From positions 474,875 through 497,561 of the forward strand of contig CBFHOE010000001.1 of the NCBI GenBank assembly GCA_965657355.1: DNA of 22,687 bases, read 5' to 3'. The notes beneath the pieces are model-generated. The model did not search any database. It saw only the letters and a program-made list of their open reading frames with translations, and had not been told where the DNA came from. Positions 1 through 10,705 of this stretch are shown one piece after another; position 1 is the stretch's first letter; the number at the start of each line of letters is the position of its first letter. This DNA is from Limisphaerales bacterium. GTDB lineage: Bacteria > Verrucomicrobiota > Verrucomicrobiia > Limisphaerales > JAJOIW01. The translations under genes and the position numbers were made by a program.

Positions 1-1694
<1,694 letters not shown>

Positions 1695-2202
1695 TTAGCC
1701 CGTTTTCAAAGCGAGCAAAACAATGCATACACTTTTTCTTTTCCTTTGGCAAACCTGAGGTTCCTGAAAAACCGTCGCGGTTACTCAAGACAATTTTTTA
1801 GATATGAGTCTTTAATGGGTGATAGTGGGATACTGTTTTAGGCTCCATATGACGCGCAGTCTCGATTTAGTGATTGAGGCAGTGGGGAAGCGGGCCTGGT
1901 GCTTACTTGGCAAAAGGCTATCTTAAATGGGTGTGGTCAAACGCTAAATTGGCGGGGGCAATTTAAGGATTTGTTTACTGTCGCTCCATCCTTAAAATTA
2001 TTACAAGGCCTTAACTGGTAAGCGCGTAACTTTGAACACCTATGTGCCAACCACTACTTCTGGACCTCAACTTCCTTCCTGACACGTTTCCAAATATTTA
2101 AAATACGACACTCTATGACTGCTTTCAGTGGGATTCAATGACTCTTGATTATTTTAAAAGATCAAAAAGATGCATATTCACTGCATGTCATCATGAGCCT
2201 TT

Positions 2203-2218
2203 AAATCTAATTAGATTT
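2203..2218. promoter_or_regulatory. Perfect 16-bp palindrome AAATCTAATTAGATTT (possible protein-binding site or weak hairpin)
   Basis: Directly visible and self-complementary. It lies about 56 bp downstream of the serine hydrolase stop and about 520 bp upstream of icd. Function is inferred only. Confidence 0.35.
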
Positions 2219-2274
2219 TTCCAAAATTAGAGTTGTGAAAGGTTACCAAGGAAACCACGTGTTCTTAGAATTTA

Positions 2275-3558
2275 CTAATCATCGATAGCTTGTATGGCGA
2301 GGTGTCGGAATTTCCAGCTCGTACTATCATTGCTCTGACGGCGCGTTTGTTTCAGAATGACCCCAAGAAGCTGTTCTTTGGGATCTGCAAAATATTGGGA
2401 ATTAAAATACCCTCCCCAATTGAAGGTTCCTTCGCTGCCTTCTCCACCTCGAGATACAGCTTTCTCATTGAGTACCCCAAAAGCTAATCCATAGTGACTA
2501 TGGTCATTCAATTTAACTTGGAAGGCGTTGATGGTTTCAATTGTCTTTCTGCTTAAAATCCGGACTCCATTGAGCTCTCCGCCATTCAAATACATTTGTA
2601 AAAAGTTGGCGTAATCCTTTGCCGTGCTGACTAAACCTGCACCACCCCCGTAATATGTTTTTGCACCTTTCACAGGATAGTCTGCATCGTAGTATTCAGG
2701 TACACCCTCATATTTTACCCAGTCAGATCCTCGTGGTTGATGAACGGTAACAAGCCGATCTTCATTTTCTTCTGTGAGAAAAAATGCGGTGTCAACCATG
2801 CCTAGTGGTTGGAAAAGGCGTGACTCAAGGAATTTGGCAAATGTTTGGCCTGAAATAATTTCGATGAAATAACCTAAAACGTCCAATCCTTCGCCGTATT
2901 GATAGCGTTCGCCTGGATGAAAATGAAGCGGCATGGTCGCTAATTTTTTGATGTTGTCCGCAAGCAAAATTGGCTTAGTTGTCCAAGCGTCGACAATGTT
3001 CGCCTCCTTAAACATTTTCCTCATACGTGGATCTCCGTCGATAAGGCCATAACCAATACCCGAGGAATGGGTCAACAAGTGTCTTATGGTTATTTGGCTT
3101 TTGGCTCTTTCAGTTTCAAGAGATTCACCTTCGCCTATTAAGACTTCCATGTTCTTAAATTCTGGAATCCACTTAGATATCGGATCATCTAGTCTAAAAA
3201 GACCCTCTTCCCAAAGCATCATGACTCCCGTGGCTGTAATGGCTTTGGTTTGGGAGGCAATACGGAAGATGTCATCTTTCTGAAGCTTTCTGTTGGATGC
3301 GACATCTGAAACTCCATAGGCTTTATGAAAAACTATCTTTCCATTCCGAGCGACAATAGCAACCAAACCTGGTACCTCTCTTTTTTCAATTGCCGTACGA
3401 GCCATAGCATCAATTCTATCGAGTCGTTTTGGAGACATTCCCACTGTCTGAGGTGGTGCTTCGATCAGCGATTGAGAGTGATTTACAGATGGGGTCTGCG
3501 CTTGTGCCGCTATTACGAAAAGGAAAAATAAAGCGACAGTTAATTTAATGGTCTTCAT
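2275..3558 (-). CDS. Secreted serine hydrolase, class C beta-lactamase / esterase family VIII (CubicO-type)
   Basis: Sec signal peptide MKTIKLTVALFFLFVIAAQA|Q; catalytic SxxK (FRIASQTK); LDDPISKWIPEF; ITIRHLLTHSSG; catalytic Tyr in PGERYQYG; WGG motif. Confidence 0.92.
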   Translation of the reverse strand: MKTIKLTVALFFLFVIAAQAQTPSVNHSQSLIEAPPQTVGMSPKRLDRIDAMARTAIEKREVPGLVAIVARNGKIVFHKAYGVSDVASNRKLQKDDIFRIASQTKAITATGVMMLWEEGLFRLDDPISKWIPEFKNMEVLIGEGESLETERAKSQITIRHLLTHSSGIGYGLIDGDPRMRKMFKEANIVDAWTTKPILLADNIKKLATMPLHFHPGERYQYGEGLDVLGYFIEIISGQTFAKFLESRLFQPLGMVDTAFFLTEENEDRLVTVHQPRGSDWVKYEGVPEYYDADYPVKGAKTYYGGGAGLVSTAKDYANFLQMYLNGGELNGVRILSRKTIETINAFQVKLNDHSHYGLAFGVLNEKAVSRGGEGSEGTFNWGGYFNSQYFADPKEQLLGVILKQTRRQSNDSTSWKFRHLAIQAIDD

Positions 3559-3715
3559 GAATTTTAGAATTTGATTTGAAGTCTGAAATGATCGGATTTC
3601 GAAGTTTGCTTAAAATTGATTATTTTTAATAAATGAAAGGATTGTTTCAGGAAGTATACTATTGATGTTTCTTTGGGATGAAAGGACTTTTTGAAATCCT
3701 CTATATGGGCCCGTT

Positions 3716-3994
3716 TTAATTTGGACTCATGAAACCTACAGGTAATTCCGTCTCTCCCTCCAGAGACAGGTCAGCCAGTGCTTCTCCATAGGCGCTGGAG
3801 AATTTGAAACCTCCTCCATTGCATGCAGCAATAAAACCGACTCTCTTTTCATTTGGAAGGAGACCTAACCAAGGACCACCGTGGGTATACATACAAATTT
3901 TAAATGCAAGGGTGGCTCCATTTGCTGATGGCATGTGCTTGCCCAGATAATCACGGACTATTTTCTCGTCACCTGGATTTGGTTTTCGATCAAT
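3716..3994 (-). pseudogene. C-terminal remnant of a monomeric sarcosine oxidase / N-methyl-L-tryptophan oxidase (SolA-like) FAD oxidoreductase
   Basis: The frame reads IDRKPNPGDEKIVRDYLGKHMPSANGATLAFKICMYT...IAACNGGGFKFSSAYGEALADLSLEGETELPVGFMSPN*. This matches the CMYT flavinylation motif and the G(H)GFKF...GExLADL C-terminus of MSOX/SolA. It has no N-terminal GxGxxG domain, and an in-frame stop at 4004-4006 lies inside the upstream gene. Confidence 0.75.
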
Positions 3995-5873
3995 CCAAGT
4001 AAATCATTTCATTGGATATCAATAGAGAATGGCAAAACTGTTTCAAAGCTTTCGAATCATTTGATGAAAGAAATCGCACACTGGCATCAAGTTCCTCTGG
4101 ATAAGGTTTCCTAAAGTATACTTTTTCAAATGCATCCTGGACAATCTCATTTATGCCAGCTTGATTCTGCCTGGTGAGGTTGGTTGCAAAATTCTCTGCG
4201 AGTTCCCAAAAAAATGGGTCGTTGAGTGCGTATAGTTTTTGAGTTGGTGTGATAGTTGTGCTTCTCTCTGCGGCATGGACATTAGCATCGGGGTAATCGA
4301 ATTGCATCAACATGTTATTGAGCGAAAGGCGGCTAATTCGAGAATAAACAGTTCTTTTAAAATTAGATTTATCAGTCAGCTCTTTTGACTTGCCTCCAAA
4401 GCTGTCTAATTCCCCGGAAATTAACAGCGCAGCATCACGCCACATCTCAATAGAGAGGCGCTTTTTGTTCATTCTTCCCAGTAACAAATTCTCTGGGTCA
4501 ACAGCGGTTTGATCAGTAGTTGGATTTGAATCTTGTATATAACTTGAAGAAAAAACTATTTCTCTAATCAACCATTTGGTGGACCACCCGGATTCAATAA
4601 ATCTGACGGACAAATCGTCGAGTAATTTCGGGTGAGTTGGCTCAATACCTAGTTGGCCAAAATTACTTTGGGTATTGACCAGTGCTTTGCCAAAAAAGAG
4701 TCCCCATATCCTATTGACATAGACACGGGCGGTAAGAGGATTTTTGGGAGAAGAAATGGCTTCAGCAAGTTCGAGTCGGCCACTTCCTTTTTTAAATTCT
4801 TTTGGGGTATCATTGGAAAGAACCTTTAGAAATCTTCTAGGGGTTTCCATTCCCTTGTTGCTAACTTGTCCTCTTAGAAATACCGGTAGGTTTTTGGGCT
4901 TACCGTCCTCTACGATATGAATCTCGTACTTCCTGGATTTTTTATCTTTGTCTGTGAGTTTTGTGCCATCAGCTTTATAATGGTGGTTCTTCATTTGGGT
5001 AGAGGCAAAGACACCAGCCAGGGAGTAATAATCTTCGATTGTAATAGCATCATATTTATGGTCATGGCACCGAGCGCATGCCACCGTAAGGCCAAGAAAG
5101 GTTCTGGATACTGTATCGACCCTATCGGCCCATTCATCAGCTTGGACTTCGAGTCTGCCTCTGTTGTAGTACTGAGGTCCAAGCCCCAGGAAGCCCAGTG
5201 CTTTGACATTTTCCATGTCAGAAGGGGTGATTAAATCAGCCGCCAGTTGCAACTCAATGAATTTATCATACGGAAGGTCTTTGTTGAATGCGTCTATAAC
5301 CCATTGCCTGTAGAGATGGGCATTGGGGTAGAACATGGAAGTATTGCTACCAACTTTATGAGCCTGGTCTTCAGCATACCTGGCCAGATTGAGCCAAAGG
5401 CTGGTCATTCTTTCTCCAAAGGCGTAGGAATTTAAAAGCTTTTCAACAGTCTCCTGGTAAATAGTTGGATCAAATTCATCAGGGAGGTTTTTGAGTTGGG
5501 CATCCTCAGGTGGGAGCCCTGTGATATCAAATGCTAATCTGCGAATGAGGGCCGGGAAGCTCCCGGTCTCGGATGGAGCAAGCGCTCTGTTTTCCAGTTT
5601 TTTGAGAACAAAGAAATCAATTTTTCTTTTCGGCCAGGTAGATAGGGTGACAGAAGGTCTTGGGTGTTTATTCGGCTTTTGGTAGGCCCAGTGCTTGCGT
5701 TCTTTTTCCCAGTCCAATTTTTCCTCAATAATGGAATCGAGTTCCTTGTATTTATTGGTTGCTTCGTTGGCTTGAGATGGCGGAATGATTGAGAGTAAAA
5801 GGAAGAATGTGAACATCCAATTTACCCAGCCTGGGTCAAAAATTTTGTTTTCTCTTCTAGCCATGACAAACAT
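3990..5873 (-). CDS. DUF1549 (PSCyt2) + DUF1553 (PSD1) domain protein, exported, with one CxxCH motif
   Basis: HWAYQKP, IDFFVLKKLE, LIRRLAFDITGLPP, WLNLARYAE, FLGLTVACARCHDHKYD, SGRLELAEAI..NPLTARVYVNRIW, PTHPKLLDDL, RLSIEMWRDA and C-terminal LLISNEMIYLD. The N-terminus is a hydrophobic signal. The start could be 5873 or 5864. Confidence 0.92.
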   Translation of the reverse strand: MFVMARRENKIFDPGWVNWMFTFFLLLSIIPPSQANEATNKYKELDSIIEEKLDWEKERKHWAYQKPNKHPRPSVTLSTWPKRKIDFFVLKKLENRALAPSETGSFPALIRRLAFDITGLPPEDAQLKNLPDEFDPTIYQETVEKLLNSYAFGERMTSLWLNLARYAEDQAHKVGSNTSMFYPNAHLYRQWVIDAFNKDLPYDKFIELQLAADLITPSDMENVKALGFLGLGPQYYNRGRLEVQADEWADRVDTVSRTFLGLTVACARCHDHKYDAITIEDYYSLAGVFASTQMKNHHYKADGTKLTDKDKKSRKYEIHIVEDGKPKNLPVFLRGQVSNKGMETPRRFLKVLSNDTPKEFKKGSGRLELAEAISSPKNPLTARVYVNRIWGLFFGKALVNTQSNFGQLGIEPTHPKLLDDLSVRFIESGWSTKWLIREIVFSSSYIQDSNPTTDQTAVDPENLLLGRMNKKRLSIEMWRDAALLISGELDSFGGKSKELTDKSNFKRTVYSRISRLSLNNMLMQFDYPDANVHAAERSTTITPTQKLYALNDPFFWELAENFATNLTRQNQAGINEIVQDAFEKVYFRKPYPEELDASVRFLSSNDSKALKQFCHSLLISNEMIYLD

Positions 5874-5949
5874 TTAGAAATACATCATATCATTCTCAGA
5901 ACTTCAAGATTAAAGCACCATCTCCGAGGAGTTAGCCCAGGTATAATTT

Positions 5950-6909
5950 CTATGATTTGTGCGCTTTTCTTTGAATCAGGACAGAAGTTATCAAAAGAAC
6001 TCCAACGATTATGATTTTCAGTTCATCTGTTTGGAAATACCGACTGGTGAACAATTTAGTTTCGTGAATGAGTATGAGTCCAAGGGTTGTTCCTGCCAGG
6101 TTCCCTTTCCCACCAAAAATTGAAGTGCCGCCAACAACTACCGCTGTAATGACATCTAATTCGATATTAAAACCGGCGTCGGCTTTTGCTGTATTAAATC
6201 GTGAGATAAAAATCACAGCGACAATTCCGGCCATTGTCCCAGAAAATGCATATAGCAGGGTTTCTAACTTCTTCACATTTGTCCCACTATATATCACCCC
6301 CATCCGGTTTCTTCCGATGTGATAGAGAGTTCTCCCAGGGATGGTTTTGGTGAGAAAAATGACACCAAAAGCCAGTGATGTAACGAAGAAAAATCCCACT
6401 AAAGGAATCCCCCAGATAGACCCCCTTGCAAGTTGTGAGAATCCATCTCCAAATCCGGAAAAAGATTCACCTTTGCTGAGGCCCTCTGCTAAACCTCTGA
6501 AAAGAGCGTAAGTCGCTAAAGTGACAATAAGTGGGTGCAACTTAAATGATGCAATAAACAATCCATTCATTGCCCCGCAAAGTGTCCCTGTGATCGTTGA
6601 TGCAACCGAAGCCAGATATATATTACCAGTAGCGGCAAATGTGAGGCCAAATGAGGTGGCAGACAAACCCATTGTTGACCCAATAGAGAGGTCTATCCCA
6701 CCAGTAATGATGATAAAGGTCATCGGTATAGCGAGTAGCGCCATTTCCCAGAGCTGACGCGATAAAATAAGCTGACCTTTTAAAGAAAGGAATTTTGGCA
6801 TTAAGCCGGCGGCAATGGCAAAAATCGCAAGTATGAGAATGAATAATGTTAATTCATGCCACGCCGAAAACTTCCTCAGAAAGGTTATTATGGATTGCCT
6901 TTTTATCAA
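5950..6909 (-). CDS. Sugar ABC transporter permease (CUT2/BPD_transp_2; RhaQ-like)
   Basis: Multi-TM protein with IITGGIDLSIGS, PLIVTLAT and ELDVITAVVVGGTSIFGGKG. TTG start preceded by AAGGAG (SD-like); it overlaps the upstream stop by 4 bp. Confidence 0.92.
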   Translation of the reverse strand: MIKRQSIITFLRKFSAWHELTLFILILAIFAIAAGLMPKFLSLKGQLILSRQLWEMALLAIPMTFIIITGGIDLSIGSTMGLSATSFGLTFAATGNIYLASVASTITGTLCGAMNGLFIASFKLHPLIVTLATYALFRGLAEGLSKGESFSGFGDGFSQLARGSIWGIPLVGFFFVTSLAFGVIFLTKTIPGRTLYHIGRNRMGVIYSGTNVKKLETLLYAFSGTMAGIVAVIFISRFNTAKADAGFNIELDVITAVVVGGTSIFGGKGNLAGTTLGLILIHETKLFTSRYFQTDELKIIIVGVLLITSVLIQRKAHKS

Positions 6910-7904
6910 ATCGACTCCTTTCTGTATTTTCGATTAGATAGGGTAATTTTATGTGCCAATTGATCCAGCATTACAGCAGTCAGAATGAAAAGTCCCTGAA
7001 TGGCCTTAGTCCACATTTCGCCTGACTCACCCAAATTCAGAAAAGTAAGAAGTGGTCGTATCATCGTCATGAGAATCACAGCTAAGACGACCCCTCTAAT
7101 CTTTCCTTTTCCACCAGTGATTGAAACTCCTCCCACTACAACACACGTGACAACAAGTAATTCAAACCCCACTCCAATTCCGCTTTCAATTCTCGGAAGT
7201 CTTGGAACTTCAACAATGGTGGCTAATCCGGTCATCAGTCCAGTAAAAGTAAAAGCTATAATCTTTACCTTGTTCGAAGTGATTCCTTTCATCGAGGCGG
7301 AATAAGATGAACTTCCCGTGGCTCGGATTTGCCACCCCAATGGAGAAAAATTCAGAATCAGCCAGGTGAGCAGGACGACCAATACAGCAGTCCAAATGGA
7401 AAGCGGGATGCCCACCAGTCCATATTTGGTTAGCTGTAGCAAATCATTGGGTAAATTACCTATATTTTCCCCTTTCATTATAAATATTGTGAGACCTCTG
7501 AATGCGGTGAGCCAGCCCAGCGTGACAATTATGGAAGGCACTCTACCAATTGTGACGAGTAGACCTGTAATGCAACCTATAAAGCCACTAACAGCTATAA
7601 CACCGAAAGCTCCGGCCCAGGTGTTCCAATTTAAATGATCACTGGAAAGAAGGATTCCAAGAATAGCTGAGAGAAGAGCCATCAAGGAACCTGTTGATAT
7701 GTCAATCTCCCCAGTAAGGATCACCAACATGACTCCGCAAGACACAATAAGTGTAGGAGAAGCCCTTACAAGAATGTCTTTCCAGTTTGTCCATGAAAGG
7801 AAGCCAAAATCGATAATGCTGACAATCACTGTGGAAACTACAATCAACGCCAGTAAACCAGCTTCACGTCGAAGAAGGATGTTTTTTAAAGTTGAAATCA
7901 TCAA
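6906..7904 (-). CDS. Sugar ABC transporter permease (CUT2; RhaP-like)
   Basis: RREAGLL N-terminus, ILTGEIDISTGS, VPSIIVTLG and GFELLVVTCVVVGGVSITGGKG. The true start may be the ATG ending at 7901 (TGATG coupling). Confidence 0.92.
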   Translation of the reverse strand: MMISTLKNILLRREAGLLALIVVSTVIVSIIDFGFLSWTNWKDILVRASPTLIVSCGVMLVILTGEIDISTGSLMALLSAILGILLSSDHLNWNTWAGAFGVIAVSGFIGCITGLLVTIGRVPSIIVTLGWLTAFRGLTIFIMKGENIGNLPNDLLQLTKYGLVGIPLSIWTAVLVVLLTWLILNFSPLGWQIRATGSSSYSASMKGITSNKVKIIAFTFTGLMTGLATIVEVPRLPRIESGIGVGFELLVVTCVVVGGVSITGGKGKIRGVVLAVILMTMIRPLLTFLNLGESGEMWTKAIQGLFILTAVMLDQLAHKITLSNRKYRKESI

Positions 7905-9424
7905 TTTTTCTGTGGGGCACTTCCAGATTGAAAAGCATGTTGCATAATCGATTTGGGATTTATTTTATCGCCTTTGAGTTCTGCATTGATTCTTCCTTCG
8001 CGCATGACAAGGACACGGTTAGAAATGTGTATGATTTCTTGCAAATCTGAAGAGATGACAAGGATGGCGAGGCCTGATTGAGCGAGGTCTTCGATAATTT
8101 GATGCACCTGTTCTTTAGCGCCTACATCGACTCCTCGGGTTGGCTCATCTAAGAGGAGAATTTTTGGTTTTGTGGCCAACCATTTCGCGACAACAACTTT
8201 TTGTTGGTTGCCGCCGGATAATAATTCAACTGGATCTCTGGAATCTCTTACCTTTATTTTAAATTTTCTGATGCTTTCATCGGTGATTCTATTTTTTGAT
8301 TGTTGAGATATGAAAAATGAGGCGTGAGCTGAGGTGTTATCAGCAGCCATTGAGGTGTTTTCCAGGATGCTTGAGTTCAAAACTAAGCCTTGGTGCTGTC
8401 GATCCTCTGGGACCATCACTAATCCAGCTTCAAGAGACTTCTTTATGCTCGATTTTTTCAAGAGGTTCCCGTTGATTTTAACAACACCAGAGTCATACGA
8501 ATCTGCCCCAACTATAGAACGTGCCAGCTCTGATCTTCCAGCACCTACCAGCCCAAATAAGCCAGTTATTTGCCCTGGGTATAATTTTAATGATATGTCA
8601 CGGAAATGGTTTTGAGAGCTAAGATTCATTACCTCAAGTGAAGGGGGGGTATCGGAAGAGGAATTGCTGAAGCTATTAGTTTTTTTGAGATCCGATTGTA
8701 GTTCTCGCCCTACCATCAGTTGTATCAGTCTGTCTTTGCTGAATTCTTTACTTGAACTGGTTTCTATGTGTTTCCCGTCTCGAAGGACAGTAATGGAATC
8801 TGAGATTTCAAGGATTTCATCAAGTCTGTGACTGATATAAATAATGGTGACTCCTTGTGACTTTAATTTTTTCAGGATATCTAAAAGCGCGTTGGATTCC
8901 TTTGGTGATAGAGAAGCGGTTGGTTCATCGAGAATTAATATTCTGCAGTCCCCCGAGAGCGAACGAGCCATGGCGACCATTTGCCTTTCCGCATGGGATA
9001 AATGTTCAACTGGGATATTGATATCAAAATCCTGACCGAGTCTTTCCAGCCAAAGCTTAGTTTTTGCACGCATGGATGGATGGTCAAGGAAAGCCCCTCC
9101 CATGCGTGCGATCTCTTTACCTACAAAAATATTTTGGATTGAATTGAGGTCCGGGAAAATAGTTGATTCCTGGTGGATGACTGAGATACCAGCCTGTTCG
9201 CTTTTCTGGACTGAGCCGAGAAACAGCCCTTTTTCATCTAGAATGATTCTCCCATTGTCCCATTTGATGTTTCCCGACAGGCATTTAATTAATGTCGATT
9301 TACCTGCGCCGTTTTCACCGCAGATTGAGTGGATACTTCCTAATTCCAAATTAAATGTCACACCATCAAGGGCATGGACACCACCATATGATTTGCTGAG
9401 TGACTGGATTTTAAGTTGTCCCAT
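7901..9424 (-). CDS. Sugar ABC transporter ATP-binding protein (CUT2, tandem NBD; RhaT/RbsA-like)
   Basis: Walker A GENGAGKST; ILILDEPTASL; YISHRLDE; second domain GLVGAGRSE, VPEDRQHQGL, LSGGNQQKVVVAKWL and DEPTRGVDVGAK. Confidence 0.95.
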   Translation of the reverse strand: MGQLKIQSLSKSYGGVHALDGVTFNLELGSIHSICGENGAGKSTLIKCLSGNIKWDNGRIILDEKGLFLGSVQKSEQAGISVIHQESTIFPDLNSIQNIFVGKEIARMGGAFLDHPSMRAKTKLWLERLGQDFDINIPVEHLSHAERQMVAMARSLSGDCRILILDEPTASLSPKESNALLDILKKLKSQGVTIIYISHRLDEILEISDSITVLRDGKHIETSSSKEFSKDRLIQLMVGRELQSDLKKTNSFSNSSSDTPPSLEVMNLSSQNHFRDISLKLYPGQITGLFGLVGAGRSELARSIVGADSYDSGVVKINGNLLKKSSIKKSLEAGLVMVPEDRQHQGLVLNSSILENTSMAADNTSAHASFFISQQSKNRITDESIRKFKIKVRDSRDPVELLSGGNQQKVVVAKWLATKPKILLLDEPTRGVDVGAKEQVHQIIEDLAQSGLAILVISSDLQEIIHISNRVLVMREGRINAELKGDKINPKSIMQHAFQSGSAPQKN

Positions 9425-9434
9425 CTGAGTCGAT

Positions 9435-10691
9435 TCAGTTTCTTTTTGCTAAGACTGAGTTTTCATATTCTTCAATTTTATTAAGCCAGTCCAGATCGGT
9501 TGGTGTATTACTGCATTCACAATAATAGTCCCAAAGGATCCCGAAAGGCATCATTTTTAATTCCTCGATCAAGGCTAATCGTTTGGTGTAATCCTGATCT
9601 TTTTCTAATTGGCTTAATTTCTCATAGGGCTCCAGGAGGGCAATCATGAGTGCTTTGAGGACGTTTCTACTACCAATAACCCAAGCAGCAATTCGGTTAA
9701 TGCTGGCATCAAAAAAATCTAGTCCAATATGAATCCGGTGGAACTGATCGGCCCGAACAATTTCTCTTGCAATAGATAGTGTGTTTTCGTCAAGAGAGAC
9801 AACATGATCACTATCCCATCTCACACCTCTGCTGATGTGTAAAAGTATTCCGGGTAAAAAAGGAAGCACTGAACTGATTTTATCCGCGATAGATTCCGTT
9901 GGATGAAAATGGCCGGAATCTAAACACAGGTGTTTTTTACGAGAGATAGCATAGGATAAATAATAATCATATGAACCCGCTACATAACTCTCGCTCCCTA
10001 TCCCGAATAATTTACTCTCAACAGAATCTAGATTAAAGTCGGCATCAAAAGGTTTTTTGAAAATTTTATCTAATGAATTTGTGAGCCTCTCCCGTGGTCC
10101 AAATCTATCGACTGGTTTATCTTTAAAACCATCTGGGATCCAAAAGTTGGTGACACATGGGTAACCAATATTTTTTCCAAAGAATGCGCCAATTTCTCGA
10201 CAGGCGATGCCATGATTGATCCAGAATTCTCTTATGGACTCGTCAGGGTGTGCTAGAGTCCATCCATCAGAGGCTTTCGGATGGGCGAAGTAGGTTGGAT
10301 TAAAATCCAAACCTAGATTCAGGGATTTTGCCCAATCGACCCAAACGTCAAAATGGTCGGTAGTGATTTGATCACGGTCTACCTTTTTACCTTTAAAATC
10401 TCCGTACGAAGCATGGAGATTTAATCGGTGAGTGCCCGGTAATAGGGAAAAGGTAAATTCAAGATCAGACCATAATTCCTCTATTTTGCCGGCTTTACCT
10501 GGATAGTTCCCGGTGATCGCCAGGCCACCTCCGAGGTCCTCTCCGGAATTTTCAAATCCGCACACATCATCACCCTGCCAGCATTGGATGGACAATGGGA
10601 TATGTGAAAGTTTGTCTAATGCTTTTTCAGGATCAACTCCAATTGAGTCAAATCTGTCAAATGCCCAATCTAGGGAATGCTTGTCACTCAC
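9435..10691 (-). CDS. rhaA: L-rhamnose isomerase
   Basis: Signature segments QCWQGDDVCGFE, GGGLAITGNYPGKA, RLNLHASY, LGLDFNPTYFAHP, NFWIPDGFKD, VESKLFGIGSESY, LDSGHFHPTE, LHISRGVRWDSDHVV and IGLDFFDASINRIAAWVIG. GTG start. Confidence 0.96.
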   Translation of the reverse strand: MSDKHSLDWAFDRFDSIGVDPEKALDKLSHIPLSIQCWQGDDVCGFENSGEDLGGGLAITGNYPGKAGKIEELWSDLEFTFSLLPGTHRLNLHASYGDFKGKKVDRDQITTDHFDVWVDWAKSLNLGLDFNPTYFAHPKASDGWTLAHPDESIREFWINHGIACREIGAFFGKNIGYPCVTNFWIPDGFKDKPVDRFGPRERLTNSLDKIFKKPFDADFNLDSVESKLFGIGSESYVAGSYDYYLSYAISRKKHLCLDSGHFHPTESIADKISSVLPFLPGILLHISRGVRWDSDHVVSLDENTLSIAREIVRADQFHRIHIGLDFFDASINRIAAWVIGSRNVLKALMIALLEPYEKLSQLEKDQDYTKRLALIEELKMMPFGILWDYYCECSNTPTDLDWLNKIEEYENSVLAKRN

Positions 10692-10705
10692 GATTGATTA
10701 ATCCA

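Noticed and set aside
2275..3558. Antibiotic-resistance AmpC beta-lactamase
   Set aside because: It lacks the YxN and KTG motifs of true AmpC enzymes (has YGE and WGG), which is typical of family VIII esterase-like hydrolases.
3633..3686. Direct repeat ATGAAAGGA at 3633 and 3678
   Set aside because: Only two 9-bp copies in AT-rich DNA; not a CRISPR array and compatible with chance.
3716..5873. Programmed frameshift fusing DUF1553 to the oxidase C-terminus
   Set aside because: No slippery site is evident, the DUF1553 protein ends at its typical C-terminal motif, and the oxidase fragment lacks its FAD-binding domain.
6068..9428. Multiple plus-strand ORFs of 63-118 aa
   Set aside because: They are antisense shadows of the ABC transporter genes.
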